DNA of 64,000 nucleotides from Syntrophorhabdaceae bacterium (GTDB taxonomy: Bacteria; Desulfobacterota; Syntrophorhabdia; Syntrophorhabdales; Syntrophorhabdaceae): positions 1,248,001-1,312,000 of the forward strand of contig OY762209.1 in NCBI GenBank assembly GCA_963665295.1, written 5' to 3'. Within the stretch, counting starts at the first letter, position 1, and every line of letters begins with the position of its first letter. The translations under genes were made by a program, and so were the position numbers. Below the pieces are notes generated by a model, which was not told where the DNA came from, made no database searches, and worked only from the letters and a program-made list of their open reading frames with translations. Of the stretch, positions 39,201-49,462 are shown piece by piece.

Positions 39201-39949
39201 GGCAAACACTCCTTGGCGCCTCTCAAGGTTATAATTTCCTTGGGCAAACCTATCAAGAGAAGAGGACAGGGGTTCCCTACACCGCGCTTTACACGATCCT
39301 GAAGCTTCCCCCAGTGAGTCGTCGCCTCGCCGAATTTGTCCGAAACGAACTCGTGTGCCCAACCTTTGAAGAATGATCCTTTTGACTTAGTGGCTTTCTC
39401 ATACAACGCCCTCTGGCGCGATGTCGGCGTGTAGAATTGTGAAAGCTTGTCCAAGCCGTCTATGCCCTGGATGACCGCGTACTCCTCGATAAGCCGCCGA
39501 AGGCTTTCGTGCAGAGACGTGCCTCGAGTGATTATGGCCCCAATTGATATGACGCCGTCCGCATGTAGCCTCTTAAAGTTTTCAAGGTCCCTGTCAAAGA
39601 AGGGATCCTTATTGTTCCACTCGATCTCTAACGCAAACGTTCCCTTCTCAAACTCTTTGACATGATCGATCTCGTGGGAGATCGACTCCTTTTCTTTTCC
39701 GTCTACGATCTTCTTAATCTCGAAATTGTGCTTTTTCCACCCATACGCGGCGGACAATTTTTTGCGTATCCTTTGAGTTATTTGCCCTTCGCCGCCTCCG
39801 CCGCGGATCAACTCTTCGATGGGGATGACGACATCAAGGAGAACAGCCTCAAGTTCGCGTGCCGCGATCGGCATATCGTGTTTGAGGATCGCTTCGGCAT
39901 GGTGGAGAGTGAGAATCTGAAAACCCTTTTCCTTTATCTTCTCAAACAT
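39197..39949 (-). CDS. BglII/BstYI-like type II restriction endonuclease
   Basis: SHEIDHVK...ALEIEWNNKDPFFDRDLENF and 'GNPCPLLLIG'; coupled to the methyltransferase. Confidence 0.8.
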   Translation of the reverse strand: MFEKIKEKGFQILTLHHAEAILKHDMPIAARELEAVLLDVVIPIEELIRGGGGEGQITQRIRKKLSAAYGWKKHNFEIKKIVDGKEKESISHEIDHVKEFEKGTFALEIEWNNKDPFFDRDLENFKRLHADGVISIGAIITRGTSLHESLRRLIEEYAVIQGIDGLDKLSQFYTPTSRQRALYEKATKSKGSFFKGWAHEFVSDKFGEATTHWGKLQDRVKRGVGNPCPLLLIGLPKEIITLRGAKECLP

Positions 39950-40139
39950 TCCTCGCTCCGGATCAACTATCTTTCTTTATTATAACACCGTCATCTTACT
40001 GTGCATCCGAGAAAATGACAATAACAAAATGAGCGACAGAGAGGGCAGCGGCACCCACGTGTTATCAAGGTTGCATAACCTATCTTTAGGAGGTATAATA
40101 GATACACCCAAAAAGGATGTATTATGCAGGAGGTACCAT

Positions 40140-40379
40140 ATGAGACATGCACATCGCAAGGTCAATTTCCTCATCGAAGAAGATGTGGCGCGCGAGATGG
40201 AGGACCTTATCCCCTCGGGAAAACGGAGTAAAGTCGTAAACGAAGCTCTGCGCAAAGAATTGCAGTTGATAAAAAGGAGGTCGGCTGTGGAAAATATCCT
40301 CGCCGAGTCCGGCCGCGGCAGGAAGCTCGGTACAGCCGCCATCGTCGCCGGTCTCGCGTCGGACAGGAAGGGTCACTGA
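40140..40379 (+). CDS. Putative antitoxin (RHH/CopG-like)
   Basis: KVNFLIEEDVAREM...KRSKVVNEAL; TGATG overlap with the PIN gene; GGAGG RBS. Confidence 0.7.
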   Translation: MRHAHRKVNFLIEEDVAREMEDLIPSGKRSKVVNEALRKELQLIKRRSAVENILAESGRGRKLGTAAIVAGLASDRKGH

Positions 40380-40840
40380 TGCGAAATATAGTCGTGGATG
40401 CCTCCGTTATATTAAAGTGGGTGATCGGAGAGGGGAGCGAGCCGGACCAGGATCGGGCTATGGCTATCCTTGACGAATGGGCCGAAGGAAATGTGGACAT
40501 CCATGTCCCCGCCCTGTGGCAGTATGAAGTCGCCAACTTCCTTGGCCGGGAGTCTCCCCATGAGGCTGAAGAGAAGATGGGAATGCTTCGAGACCTTGGA
40601 CTCAAAGAGGTTGTCCTCACGGACGGCATGTTGAAACGGTGTTTCCAATGGATGAAAACCTTCACGGGGACGTTCTACGATGCCTCTTATCTGGCGGTAG
40701 CCTACGAGTCCGGGGCCGTCCTTATTACCGCAGATGTAAGCTTTGCGAAGAAAATGGGGGCGGCAGAGATGATCATGGCCCTGAAAGACCTGGACCTCAG
40801 CAAGCCTTTGAATCCATCCGGAGAATCGCGGAAGGAATAG
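40379..40840 (+). CDS. vapC: VapC-like PIN-domain toxin
   Basis: VVDASVILKW, YEVAN, FYDASYLAVA and LITAD. Confidence 0.88.
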   Translation: MRNIVVDASVILKWVIGEGSEPDQDRAMAILDEWAEGNVDIHVPALWQYEVANFLGRESPHEAEEKMGMLRDLGLKEVVLTDGMLKRCFQWMKTFTGTFYDASYLAVAYESGAVLITADVSFAKKMGAAEMIMALKDLDLSKPLNPSGESRKE

Positions 40841-40895
40841 CAACAAGAGCCTTTGGTGCCAAATTTCGGCCGTGGAGAAATATGTAGATGCGCGC

Positions 40896-41096
40896 CTATG
40901 GCAATTGGCCCGCCTCTTCGACAGTCTTCCACTGAAATGTCCGTATCTTCGCCTTGAAATGACTCCACCTGTTGGTCAAAAACTGATAACGGCCGGCCAC
41001 AATTCCGGGTGAGATGCCGAGTTCCCTTGCCATATCGGCTACCTCCCGGTTGGCGCGGAACCTCTTGATCTCTTCGTTATAAGGACTTCTGTTTCC
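40896..41096 (-). pseudogene. C-terminal remnant of a HigA/ImmA-IrrE (XRE plus M78 peptidase) type protein
   Basis: Hand translation ...EVADMARELGISPGIVAGRYQFLTNRWSHFKAKIRTFQW...*; in-frame stop upstream. Confidence 0.6.
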
Positions 41097-41332
41097 TCAA
41101 GACATAAGCACGCCGGGATCGCTACCTCACAGAAGCGTGTCGTGCAATTCCGGAGGGGCGTAATCCGTGTATCCTGAACCGGTGAAGCGATTTGCCCCGG
41201 TTCCGACCCTCTTTTTTTATGACGTTAAGGCCTGACGATTCGGGAACTGATGATTATTATATAGTAAACGCTTTACGAGTGAGGCAATGGAGTTGTCCGG
41301 CACGATCATGCCGCCTATAAGGAGGATTATTT

Positions 41333-41809
41333 ATGGCAGAGTCGATTTTGAACGGGAAGAAGATACTGGCCGTCGATGACGAACCGGATGTACTGACACT
41401 GCTCGGCGAGGAGATCTCCGCGAAGTGCCCCGACTGCACCATGGATACGGCCACGAACTATGAGGCGGCGGTGGAGCTGTTGAAGTCCAGGGAATATGAC
41501 GTGGTCATCCTCGACATCATGGGCGTCCGCGGGTTCGATCTCCTGGAGATGGCCGTTTCCCGGAACCTTAAGGTCGCCATGCTCACGGCCCATGCCCTGA
41601 GCCCCGAAGCCCTCAAGAAATCGCACGATATGGGCGCCAGGGCGTATCTTCCCAAGGAAAGGCTGGGTGATCTGGTCCCTTTCCTTGAAGACGTGTTGCG
41701 GTACGAGTTCATCCCCGGATGGATTCACCTTATGGACCGGCTGGAGGACCACTTTAACGAGAAGTTCGGACCTGACTGGAAGGTAAAGTCAGGCTTCGTA
41801 TCGTGGTAG
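41333..41809 (+). CDS. Single-domain response regulator
   Basis: ILAVDDE, VILDIMG, MLTAH and YLPK; strong AAGGAGG RBS. Confidence 0.9.
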   Translation: MAESILNGKKILAVDDEPDVLTLLGEEISAKCPDCTMDTATNYEAAVELLKSREYDVVILDIMGVRGFDLLEMAVSRNLKVAMLTAHALSPEALKKSHDMGARAYLPKERLGDLVPFLEDVLRYEFIPGWIHLMDRLEDHFNEKFGPDWKVKSGFVSW

Positions 41810-41992
41810 TGAGGATGCGGGAAGAAAGGGTCCGTTTCGGCCTTCGGCGAGGCAACTATTATTGGAGGCTCCGCATATTCTTCGAAAGAGTTGTTTCCTT
41901 GTGTGGTATACTGTCCCTTGGTCAATCAACGCCCTTGCCCGGACCTGGAGACCGGAACCTGTACTGAGAATTCGTTAAGGGGGGTTTAAGAC

Positions 41993-43708
41993 ATGCCGCG
42001 AAAGAAAATACCCACAGACCGCTTTGCATTGGAAAAGTGTCCCACAGGGATTCAGGGCCTCGACGAGATCACCATGGGTGGAATCCCCAGGGGGCGTCCG
42101 ACCCTCCTTACCGGAGGCGCGGGTTCGGGGAAGACCCTCATGGCTCTCGAGTTTCTCGTGAAGGGCGCAACCCTTTACAACGAACCGGGTGTCTTCATGG
42201 CCTTCGAGGAGACGGCGGAAGAGCTTACGAAGAATGTCTCCTCCCTGGGCTTCGATCTCGAGGGGCTTTCGAAGCAGAAGAAGCTTGCCCTCGATTACGT
42301 GTATATAGAGCGCTCCGAGATCGAAGAAACAGGGGAATACGACCTGGAGGGCCTCTTCGTCCGCCTGGGCCACGCCATCGATTCGGTCAAGGCGAAACGG
42401 GTCGTCCTCGACACCCTTGAGGTCCTCTTTTCGTCGTTGCCCAATGAGGGCATCCTGAGGGCCGAGCTCCGACGCCTCTTCCGGTGGCTCAAGAAAAGGG
42501 GCGTTACCGCCATCGTTACCGGAGAGCGGGGCGCGAATACCATCACCCGGTTCGGCCTTGAAGAATACGTGGCGGACTGCGTGATCCTCCTCGATCACAG
42601 GGTCACCGAACAGATATCGACACGCCGCCTCCGGGTGGTAAAATACCGCGGCTCATATCACGGCACCAACGAGTACCCCTTCCTGATCGACAAAGACGGC
42701 ATCTCCATACTTCCCATCACCTCCCTGGGCCTCACTTCCGACGCCTCCATGGAGAGGGTTTCCACGGGTATCTCCCGCCTCGACACCATGTTCGGCGGCC
42801 TGGGCTATTTCAGAGGTTCGAGCGTCCTCGTCTCCGGCCCTGCAGGGACAGGGAAATCCACCATGGCGGCACAGTTCGTGGAAAGCGCGTGCGGCAGGGG
42901 TGAGCGGGCCGTCTACCTGGCCTTTGAAGAATCGCCGAAACAGATCCTGAGAAACATGCGCTCCGCCGGGATAGACCTGGAACCATACATAGAAAGGAAC
43001 GTTCTTTCCATCCGCTCCGAGAGGCCCACCCTGCTCGGGCTTGAGATGCACCTTCTCCAGATGACGAAACTGGTCGATCAGGTCAAGCCCCATGTGCTCG
43101 TCATGGACCCCATCACGAACCTTATCTCCGTGGGCGCCCAGGCGGAGGTGAAATCCATGCTCACCCGTTTCATCGATTTCCTGAAGGCGAAGCAGGTCAC
43201 GTCCTTCTTTACGAGCCTCACCTCGCCCGGCCCCAGCCTGGAGCAGAGCCAAGTGGGCGTCTCCTCCCTCATGGACACCTGGATCGTACTCAAGGATATC
43301 GAAGGCCAGGGGGAACGGAACCGCGGGCTCAGCATCATCAAGTCGAGGGGCATGGCCCACTCGAACCAGTTCAGGGAGTTCCAACTGACGGAAAGGGGCC
43401 TTATATTGGAGGATATCTATCTCGGTGCGTCAGGCGCTCTGACCGGGGCGGCCCGGGCATCCCAGATGGCGGAAGAACAGGCCGCGGTCCTTGCCCGCGA
43501 CGAGGAGATCAAGAGGCTCAACCGGCAGATCGAGCGCAAGCGCGCGGTGTTCGAGTCCGAACTGACGGTGCTCCGCTCGGAATTCGAGGCGGAAAAGGAA
43601 GAAATGAAGAGACAAATAGCCGACGTGGAGGCGCGGAAGACGGCGGCAGCCGAGCAGCGCGCCCGGGTAGCCCACGTGCGGAAGGCGGATGAGGAGACGA
43701 CCCGATGA
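41993..43708 (+). CDS. kaiC: Circadian clock protein KaiC homolog (double ATPase domain plus C-terminal coiled coil)
   Basis: Walker A motifs GGAGSGKT and [11 protein letters not shown] in both domains; KYRGS and KSRG; phosphosite region VSSLMD. Confidence 0.95.
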   Translation: MPRKKIPTDRFALEKCPTGIQGLDEITMGGIPRGRPTLLTGGAGSGKTLMALEFLVKGATLYNEPGVFMAFEETAEELTKNVSSLGFDLEGLSKQKKLALDYVYIERSEIEETGEYDLEGLFVRLGHAIDSVKAKRVVLDTLEVLFSSLPNEGILRAELRRLFRWLKKRGVTAIVTGERGANTITRFGLEEYVADCVILLDHRVTEQISTRRLRVVKYRGSYHGTNEYPFLIDKDGISILPITSLGLTSDASMERVSTGISRLDTMFGGLGYFRGSSVLVSGPAGTGKSTMAAQFVESACGRGERAVYLAFEESPKQILRNMRSAGIDLEPYIERNVLSIRSERPTLLGLEMHLLQMTKLVDQVKPHVLVMDPITNLISVGAQAEVKSMLTRFIDFLKAKQVTSFFTSLTSPGPSLEQSQVGVSSLMDTWIVLKDIEGQGERNRGLSIIKSRGMAHSNQFREFQLTERGLILEDIYLGASGALTGAARASQMAEEQAAVLARDEEIKRLNRQIERKRAVFESELTVLRSEFEAEKEEMKRQIADVEARKTAAAEQRARVAHVRKADEETTR

Positions 43709-44034
43709 GGAGCGGAAAACAGAAAGAAGAGGGGCTGGATTTCTGGCAGCTCCGGCTTTACGTGGCCGGACAGACCCCGAAATCGCTTACCGCTTTCGCA
43801 AACCTGAAAAGGATTTGCGAGGAGCACCTGGCAGGCAAGTACCGGATCGAGATAATCGACCTTCTCGAAAACCCCACCCTTGCAAAGGGTGACCAGATCC
43901 TCGCCATTCCCACCCTCGTGAGGAAACTCCCCGAGCCGGTGAGGAAGATCATCGGAGACCTTTCCAATACCGAAAGGGTGCTTGTTGGTCTTGACCTTCG
44001 CCCTGTTCCCGGGGGGGAAGGGAGGAAAGCATGA
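43705..44034 (+). CDS. kaiB: KaiB homolog 1
   Basis: [35 protein letters not shown]. Confidence 0.95.
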   Translation: MRSGKQKEEGLDFWQLRLYVAGQTPKSLTAFANLKRICEEHLAGKYRIEIIDLLENPTLAKGDQILAIPTLVRKLPEPVRKIIGDLSNTERVLVGLDLRPVPGGEGRKA

Positions 44035-44399
44035 CAAAGAAGGTCCGGGATCAGGTGGAGATCTTCGAGCACGCCCTCAAGGACTCGGAAGACAAGAAGT
44101 ATGTGCTGCGCCTGTATGTGGCCGGGGCCACGCCCAAGTCGACGGAGTCTATCCTCAATATCAGGAAGATATGCGAGGAGCATCTGAAAGACCGTTACGA
44201 GCTGGAAGTGATCGACATCTACCAGCAGCCGGTCCTTGCCAAGGGTGAGCAGATCATCGCGGCCCCCACACTGGTAAAGAAGCTCCCTCCGCCCCTCAGA
44301 AGATTTATCGGCACCATGCACGACGTGGACCGGATTCTCGTGGGCCTTGATCTCAAACCGAAAGAGAAGGTCAAGGCGGAACAGGGAAAGAAGCCCTGA
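44031..44399 (+). CDS. kaiB: KaiB homolog 2
   Basis: [32 protein letters not shown]. Confidence 0.93.
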   Translation: MTKKVRDQVEIFEHALKDSEDKKYVLRLYVAGATPKSTESILNIRKICEEHLKDRYELEVIDIYQQPVLAKGEQIIAAPTLVKKLPPPLRRFIGTMHDVDRILVGLDLKPKEKVKAEQGKKP

Positions 44400-44419
44400 C
44401 GGATAAAGGGCCGGGAAGG

Positions 44420-46072
44420 ATGATGAAGAACAGGACAAACCGGGAACTTCAGACTGAAATCGAGGCATTGCGGTTGCGCCTCGAAGAGGCCGAGGAGACC
44501 CTCCGGGCGATCACGAACAACGAGGTCGACGCCCTTGTGGTGAGCGGGCCCGAGGGCCAACAGGTGTTCACCCTCCAGGGCGCGGAGCAGCCCTACCGCA
44601 CCCTTGTCGAGTCGATGGCGGAAGGCGCCCTTACCGTGGGAGGGGATGGCACGGTCCTTTACTGCAACCGGCAATTTGCGGAAATGCTCGAGGCGCCGAT
44701 CAACAGGGTTATCGGGTCGTCTTTCGAGGACATGGTGTCGCCCGAAGACCGGCCGGCGCTCAAGGCCCTCCTCGATGAATGCGTGGTGGGAGACTGCAGG
44801 GGCGAGTACCATCTCGTTACTTTTGAAGGGCGGGAGATACCGGTCCATATCTCGGCCCGCCCCCTCGGGCTCCAGGGTATGGAGGGCATCTCCATTGTTG
44901 CCACCGACCTGGGAGAGCAGCGGGCCCTCGAACAGCAGATCCGCCAGTCTCAGAAGATGGAAGCCCTCGGCACCATGGCGGGAGGCATCGCCCATGACTT
45001 CAATAATCTCCTTGCCGCGGTTATCGGTTTCACCGAGTTGCTCCTGGAAGACATACCCCCGGGCGACCCCGCCCACGGCCATGCCGTGAGAGTCATGGAG
45101 GCAGGCATACGGGGCCGCGAGCTGGTGAAGCATATGCTCACCTTCAGCCGTCAGGGGGAGCAGCAGAAGAGGCCGCTACGCATGAGCGCCATCATCAAGG
45201 AGAGCGCCGATCTCCTCAGGGCGTCCATCCCGACAACCATCAGCGTCAACGTCAATATCGTGAGCGAATCGGCCCTCATCATGGCGGACCCGGTCCAGAT
45301 TCAACAGGTTCTTATAAACCTCTGCACTAACGCCGCCTACGCCATGCGGGAAAGAGGCGGCGTCCTGGACATCGAACTGAGCGATTTCAGCATCGGCCCC
45401 GAGGAGGCGAGCGCTCACGACATGGAACCGGGCTCTTATATGAGGCTGCTGGTCCGGGACACGGGCACGGGCATGCCCGTGCGCACAAGGGACAGGATAT
45501 TCGACCCCTTCTTTACCACGAAGCCCGTAAACGAGGGAACAGGCCTCGGCCTTTCGGTGGTAATGGGCATCGTAAAACAATCGGGCGGATATATTACCGT
45601 GGAGAGCAAGCCCGGCAAAGGTTCCGTCTTCACAGCCTATTTCCCGAAGGTCGCAGGGCGACCCATGGCCGAAGCCCCGGGCAAGGAAGATGTCCTGCCT
45701 GCCGGCTCCGAACGCATCCTCTTCGTCGATGATGAAGAGGTTCTTCTGGAGATGGGCAAAGATCTTCTCACAAGGCTTGGTTATGAGGTGACAGGTGAGA
45801 GGAACAGCCGGGAGGCCCTCGCCCTGGTCACTCGCGATCCTGCCCGCTTCGACTTGGTCATTACCGATCAGACCATGCCGGAGATGACCGGGATAGAGCT
45901 GGCGCAGAAGATACTCGCCATCAGGCCGGACATGCCCATAATCCTTTCCACGGGCTTCAGCTATCTCGTTGATGCCGAGTCCGCCAAAGCCGCGGGTATC
46001 CGGGGTTTTGCGATGAAGCCCCTGACGAGGAGAGAGATGGCGAAGATCGTGAGAAGGGTCCTCGACCAATAG
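44420..46072 (+). CDS. Soluble PAS hybrid histidine kinase with receiver domain
   Basis: N-terminal coiled coil, PAS, IAHDFNN, NLCTNA, DTGTG, FFTTK, GTGLGL and C-terminal receiver. Confidence 0.92.
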   Translation: MMKNRTNRELQTEIEALRLRLEEAEETLRAITNNEVDALVVSGPEGQQVFTLQGAEQPYRTLVESMAEGALTVGGDGTVLYCNRQFAEMLEAPINRVIGSSFEDMVSPEDRPALKALLDECVVGDCRGEYHLVTFEGREIPVHISARPLGLQGMEGISIVATDLGEQRALEQQIRQSQKMEALGTMAGGIAHDFNNLLAAVIGFTELLLEDIPPGDPAHGHAVRVMEAGIRGRELVKHMLTFSRQGEQQKRPLRMSAIIKESADLLRASIPTTISVNVNIVSESALIMADPVQIQQVLINLCTNAAYAMRERGGVLDIELSDFSIGPEEASAHDMEPGSYMRLLVRDTGTGMPVRTRDRIFDPFFTTKPVNEGTGLGLSVVMGIVKQSGGYITVESKPGKGSVFTAYFPKVAGRPMAEAPGKEDVLPAGSERILFVDDEEVLLEMGKDLLTRLGYEVTGERNSREALALVTRDPARFDLVITDQTMPEMTGIELAQKILAIRPDMPIILSTGFSYLVDAESAKAAGIRGFAMKPLTRREMAKIVRRVLDQ

Positions 46073-46278
46073 GGTCACCGGATTTTTCATGTGACCGGCC
46101 GAAGCGTTTCTCCTGTCCGTCAACGCCCTTCCGGGCGCGGGCAGCCCCATGCCCGTAACCATCGGATATCTTGACGGGTCCGGAGATCATACTTAATCTC
46201 TGAATATGCAAGGGGAAAGAAAATACGGCAAGATGAGAGCAGACTTCATCAGGGCCGCGAACCTGCAAGGAGCATGAT

Positions 46279-48822
46279 ATGGATGATAAGACGCGGGTCG
46301 CCTGGCCCATGTGTTCTTTCCTGCCCGGCGAGATAGAAGGGGCGGACGCCCTTGTGGAACTTGCCCTCGACATGCGCTGGTCCTGGAACCACGCGGCGGA
46401 CGGGATATGGAAACGGCTTGATCCCGCATTATGGGAACTTACCTATAATCCCCTTGTCGTCCTTGAGACCGTGTCGAGAGACCGGATCAAGAGCGTGCTC
46501 GCCGACCCGGCGGTGCGCCGGAAACTCGATGACCTCGTGGAGGCCAAACGACGCATTGCGCAGGAAGAGGGCTGGTTTCAGCAAAACTGGGCCGCCTCGC
46601 CCCTCACGGGTATCGCTTATTTCAGCATGGAGTTCATGCTGAGCGAGGCCCTCCCCATCTATTCAGGAGGCCTGGGCAACGTGGCCGGCGACCAGCTCAA
46701 GGCGGCGAGTGACCTCGGCATCCCCGTGACCGGAGTGGGGCTTCTCTACCAGCAGGGCTATTTCCGGCAGGTTATCGACAGGGACGGAAGGCAGCAGGCC
46801 CTCTTTCCCTATAACGACCCCGGGCAACTGCCCATTACGGCGGTCCACGACGCGGGCGGCGAGTGGCTCCGCCTCGAGGTGCCCTTGCCGGGCTATTCCG
46901 TATGGGTCCGTGTATGGCAAGTCCAGGTAGGCAAAGTCACCCTTTACCTTCTCGACAGCAACGACCCGGCCAACTTCCCGGCCCACAGGGGCATTACGAG
47001 CGAACTTTACGGCGGCGGCACGGAGGTGCGACTGAAACAGGAGATACTCCTCGGCCTCGCCGGCTGGCGGCTCCTCGAAGCCCTTGCCCTCAAGCCGGAG
47101 GTATGTCACCTGAACGAGGGCCACGCAGCCTTCGCCGTGCTGGAGCGGGCCCGCTGTCTCATGGTGGAGACGGGCCTGTCCTTTGATGCCGCACTGGCCG
47201 TGACCAGGGCGGGCAATCTCTTCACCACCCACACCCCCGTGGCCGCGGGCTTTGACCGCTTCTCCCCGGAGCTGATGGAACAGTACTTCAGCGCCTACGC
47301 CCGGGACATGCTGGGTATCTCCCTTCACGACCTCATGGCCCTCGGACGCTCGGACCCGGGTGACCCATCCGAGCCCTTCAACATGGCCTACCTCGCGATG
47401 CGGGGCAGCGGGGCAGTGAACGGGGTAAGCCGGCTCCACGGTGAGGTAAGCCGCCGGATCTTCGAGCCCCTGTTCCCGCGGTGGCCCGAGGGCGAGGTGC
47501 CTGTGGGCTACGTTACCAACGGGGTTCATGTGCCCACGTGGAGTTCGGAGGAAGCCGACGCCCTGTGGACAGAGGCGTGCGGTGGAAAGGGATGGCTCGG
47601 GACGCTGAAGGATATGGAGGCGGACATGCGCGCCGTCCCTGATGCCGTACTCTGGAATTGCCGTGTGTCGGCCCGCGAGGCACTTGTGGAATTCGTGCGG
47701 GAACGGTTTTCCCGCCAGCTCGAGGTTTCGGGGGCAGCACCGGAGAGGATCGACACGGCGAAGCGGATATTCTCCTCCCACGTATTGACGCTGGGGTTTG
47801 CCCGCAGATTCGCCCCCTACAAGCGCCCGAACCTGCTCCTCCATGACCCCGCGAGACTGCTCCGCATCCTTACCGACCCCGGGCATCCCGTGCAACTGAT
47901 CGTTGCAGGCAAGGCCCATCCCGAGGACCGGGCCGGCCGGGACATGGTGCATGAGTGGATACATTTCATCCGGCAGAGCGGGGCCATGAACCACGTGGTA
48001 TTCTTGAGCGACTACGACATGTCTCTCACCACAAGTCTCGTCCAGGGGGTGGATGTGTGGATCAACACGCCGAGGCGGCCTTGGGAGGCGTGCGGGACGA
48101 GCGGCATGAAGGTGCTCGTCAACGGGGGGCTCAACCTGTCCGGGCTGGACGGATGGTGGGCCGAAGCGTACACGCCCGAGGTAGGGTGGGCCATAGGGGA
48201 CGGCGAGGAACATGGCGACGACCCGGCCTGGGACGCCAGGGATGCGGAGAGACTCTACACCCTCCTGGAAGAGGAAGTGGTTCCCCAGTTCTACGCCCGT
48301 GATGAATCGGGCATCCCTACCCGGTGGGTAGCGAGGATGCGGGAGAGCATGGCCCGTCTTACCCCGGCCTTTTCTGCAAACCGCGCGGTGCGCCAATACA
48401 CGACGCAATACTACGGACCTGCCGCGACTGCCTTCCGGGACCGCGTCGCCCATGGTGGCGAGGCGGGCATCCGGCTCGCCAACCGGAGCCGCGACCTGGA
48501 GCGGGACTGGCCGCAACTCCGCTTTGGTCCCGCGAAGATCGCGACACGTGACGGGGAGCATATATTCGAGATCGTGGTATACCTGGGTGAGGTCGCCCCG
48601 GACCATGTCCGGGTGGAGCTCTACGCTGAAGGAATAGACGGAGGAGACGCCCTTCGGCAGGAGGCGAGGCCGGTCTCCGGAAAGGCCGCCGCCGGGGGTG
48701 TCGCCTATGCCGCCGCCGTATCCTCCCTTCGTCCGGTCACGGATTTCACCTTCAGGGTCATACCGAACCTTCCGGGCGCCACGGTCCCCCTCGAAGCCGC
48801 GCACATCCTGTGGCAGCGGTGA
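46279..48822 (+). CDS. glgP: Alpha-glucan (glycogen) phosphorylase
   Basis: YFSMEF, YSGGLG, HLNEGH, FARRFAPYKR and EACGTSGMK. Confidence 0.95.
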   Translation: MDDKTRVAWPMCSFLPGEIEGADALVELALDMRWSWNHAADGIWKRLDPALWELTYNPLVVLETVSRDRIKSVLADPAVRRKLDDLVEAKRRIAQEEGWFQQNWAASPLTGIAYFSMEFMLSEALPIYSGGLGNVAGDQLKAASDLGIPVTGVGLLYQQGYFRQVIDRDGRQQALFPYNDPGQLPITAVHDAGGEWLRLEVPLPGYSVWVRVWQVQVGKVTLYLLDSNDPANFPAHRGITSELYGGGTEVRLKQEILLGLAGWRLLEALALKPEVCHLNEGHAAFAVLERARCLMVETGLSFDAALAVTRAGNLFTTHTPVAAGFDRFSPELMEQYFSAYARDMLGISLHDLMALGRSDPGDPSEPFNMAYLAMRGSGAVNGVSRLHGEVSRRIFEPLFPRWPEGEVPVGYVTNGVHVPTWSSEEADALWTEACGGKGWLGTLKDMEADMRAVPDAVLWNCRVSAREALVEFVRERFSRQLEVSGAAPERIDTAKRIFSSHVLTLGFARRFAPYKRPNLLLHDPARLLRILTDPGHPVQLIVAGKAHPEDRAGRDMVHEWIHFIRQSGAMNHVVFLSDYDMSLTTSLVQGVDVWINTPRRPWEACGTSGMKVLVNGGLNLSGLDGWWAEAYTPEVGWAIGDGEEHGDDPAWDARDAERLYTLLEEEVVPQFYARDESGIPTRWVARMRESMARLTPAFSANRAVRQYTTQYYGPAATAFRDRVAHGGEAGIRLANRSRDLERDWPQLRFGPAKIATRDGEHIFEIVVYLGEVAPDHVRVELYAEGIDGGDALRQEARPVSGKAAAGGVAYAAAVSSLRPVTDFTFRVIPNLPGATVPLEAAHILWQR

Positions 48823-48983
48823 GGCGGGCGGGACGATCGCGACAGACACGCCCACGACGGCGAAAAGTGGGCGCTGCCCGTTAATTCCTTTGATTTTGCG
48901 CATTTTTTTGCTAGAATAGAGCCATGGGCCCTGTTGATCCGGCGCGGACCGTGGGGAGCGGTGAATACCTCCGGAGGTGGTTC

Positions 48984-49421
48984 GTGAAATGGTTTCGGAC
49001 GCGTCTTATCTTTATCGCGGTCTCATTGCTGCTGGTCCCCTTCACTGTTATGGCCGACGTGGAATATGATGCGGAAAGCCGCCTCGAAGAGGTCATGAAT
49101 CTCTGGAGCGAGGGCCGGTACGAAGAGCTATGGGACTGTGGCACCAACGGGACAAAGGCGGGCGTTTCCCGGGAGGATTTCGTGTGGCTCATGAAGCGTT
49201 CCCCCCGTGTTCCCGACGTGGGGTGGATGCGGGAGAAATCGATCACCGCCGTATCGGTCAAGCCCACCCGCGTGCTTCTGCAGGCAGAGATAGGGTTCAT
49301 AATCAACGGCCAGGACAAGCGTGAAACGCGCGTGTTTCAAATGGTGTATGAGGACGATGAGTGGCGGATCATGCTCGACGAGTTTGCCGGACTGGCCCGG
49401 CCCCTCGTATACGGGTACTGA
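48984..49421 (+). CDS. Exported hypothetical protein (possible NTF2-like fold)
   Basis: GTG start after GGAGGT; signal peptide; 'FQMVYEDDEWRI' strand. Confidence 0.55.
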   Translation: MKWFRTRLIFIAVSLLLVPFTVMADVEYDAESRLEEVMNLWSEGRYEELWDCGTNGTKAGVSREDFVWLMKRSPRVPDVGWMREKSITAVSVKPTRVLLQAEIGFIINGQDKRETRVFQMVYEDDEWRIMLDEFAGLARPLVYGY

Positions 49422-49462
49422 GACAATAACTGCCGTAAAAGGAGCATTTCAAAGGAGAGGTT

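Noticed and set aside
46663..48903. 746-aa minus-strand ORF
   Set aside because: Antisense shadow of glgP, expected from GC-rich codon bias; no recognisable motifs.
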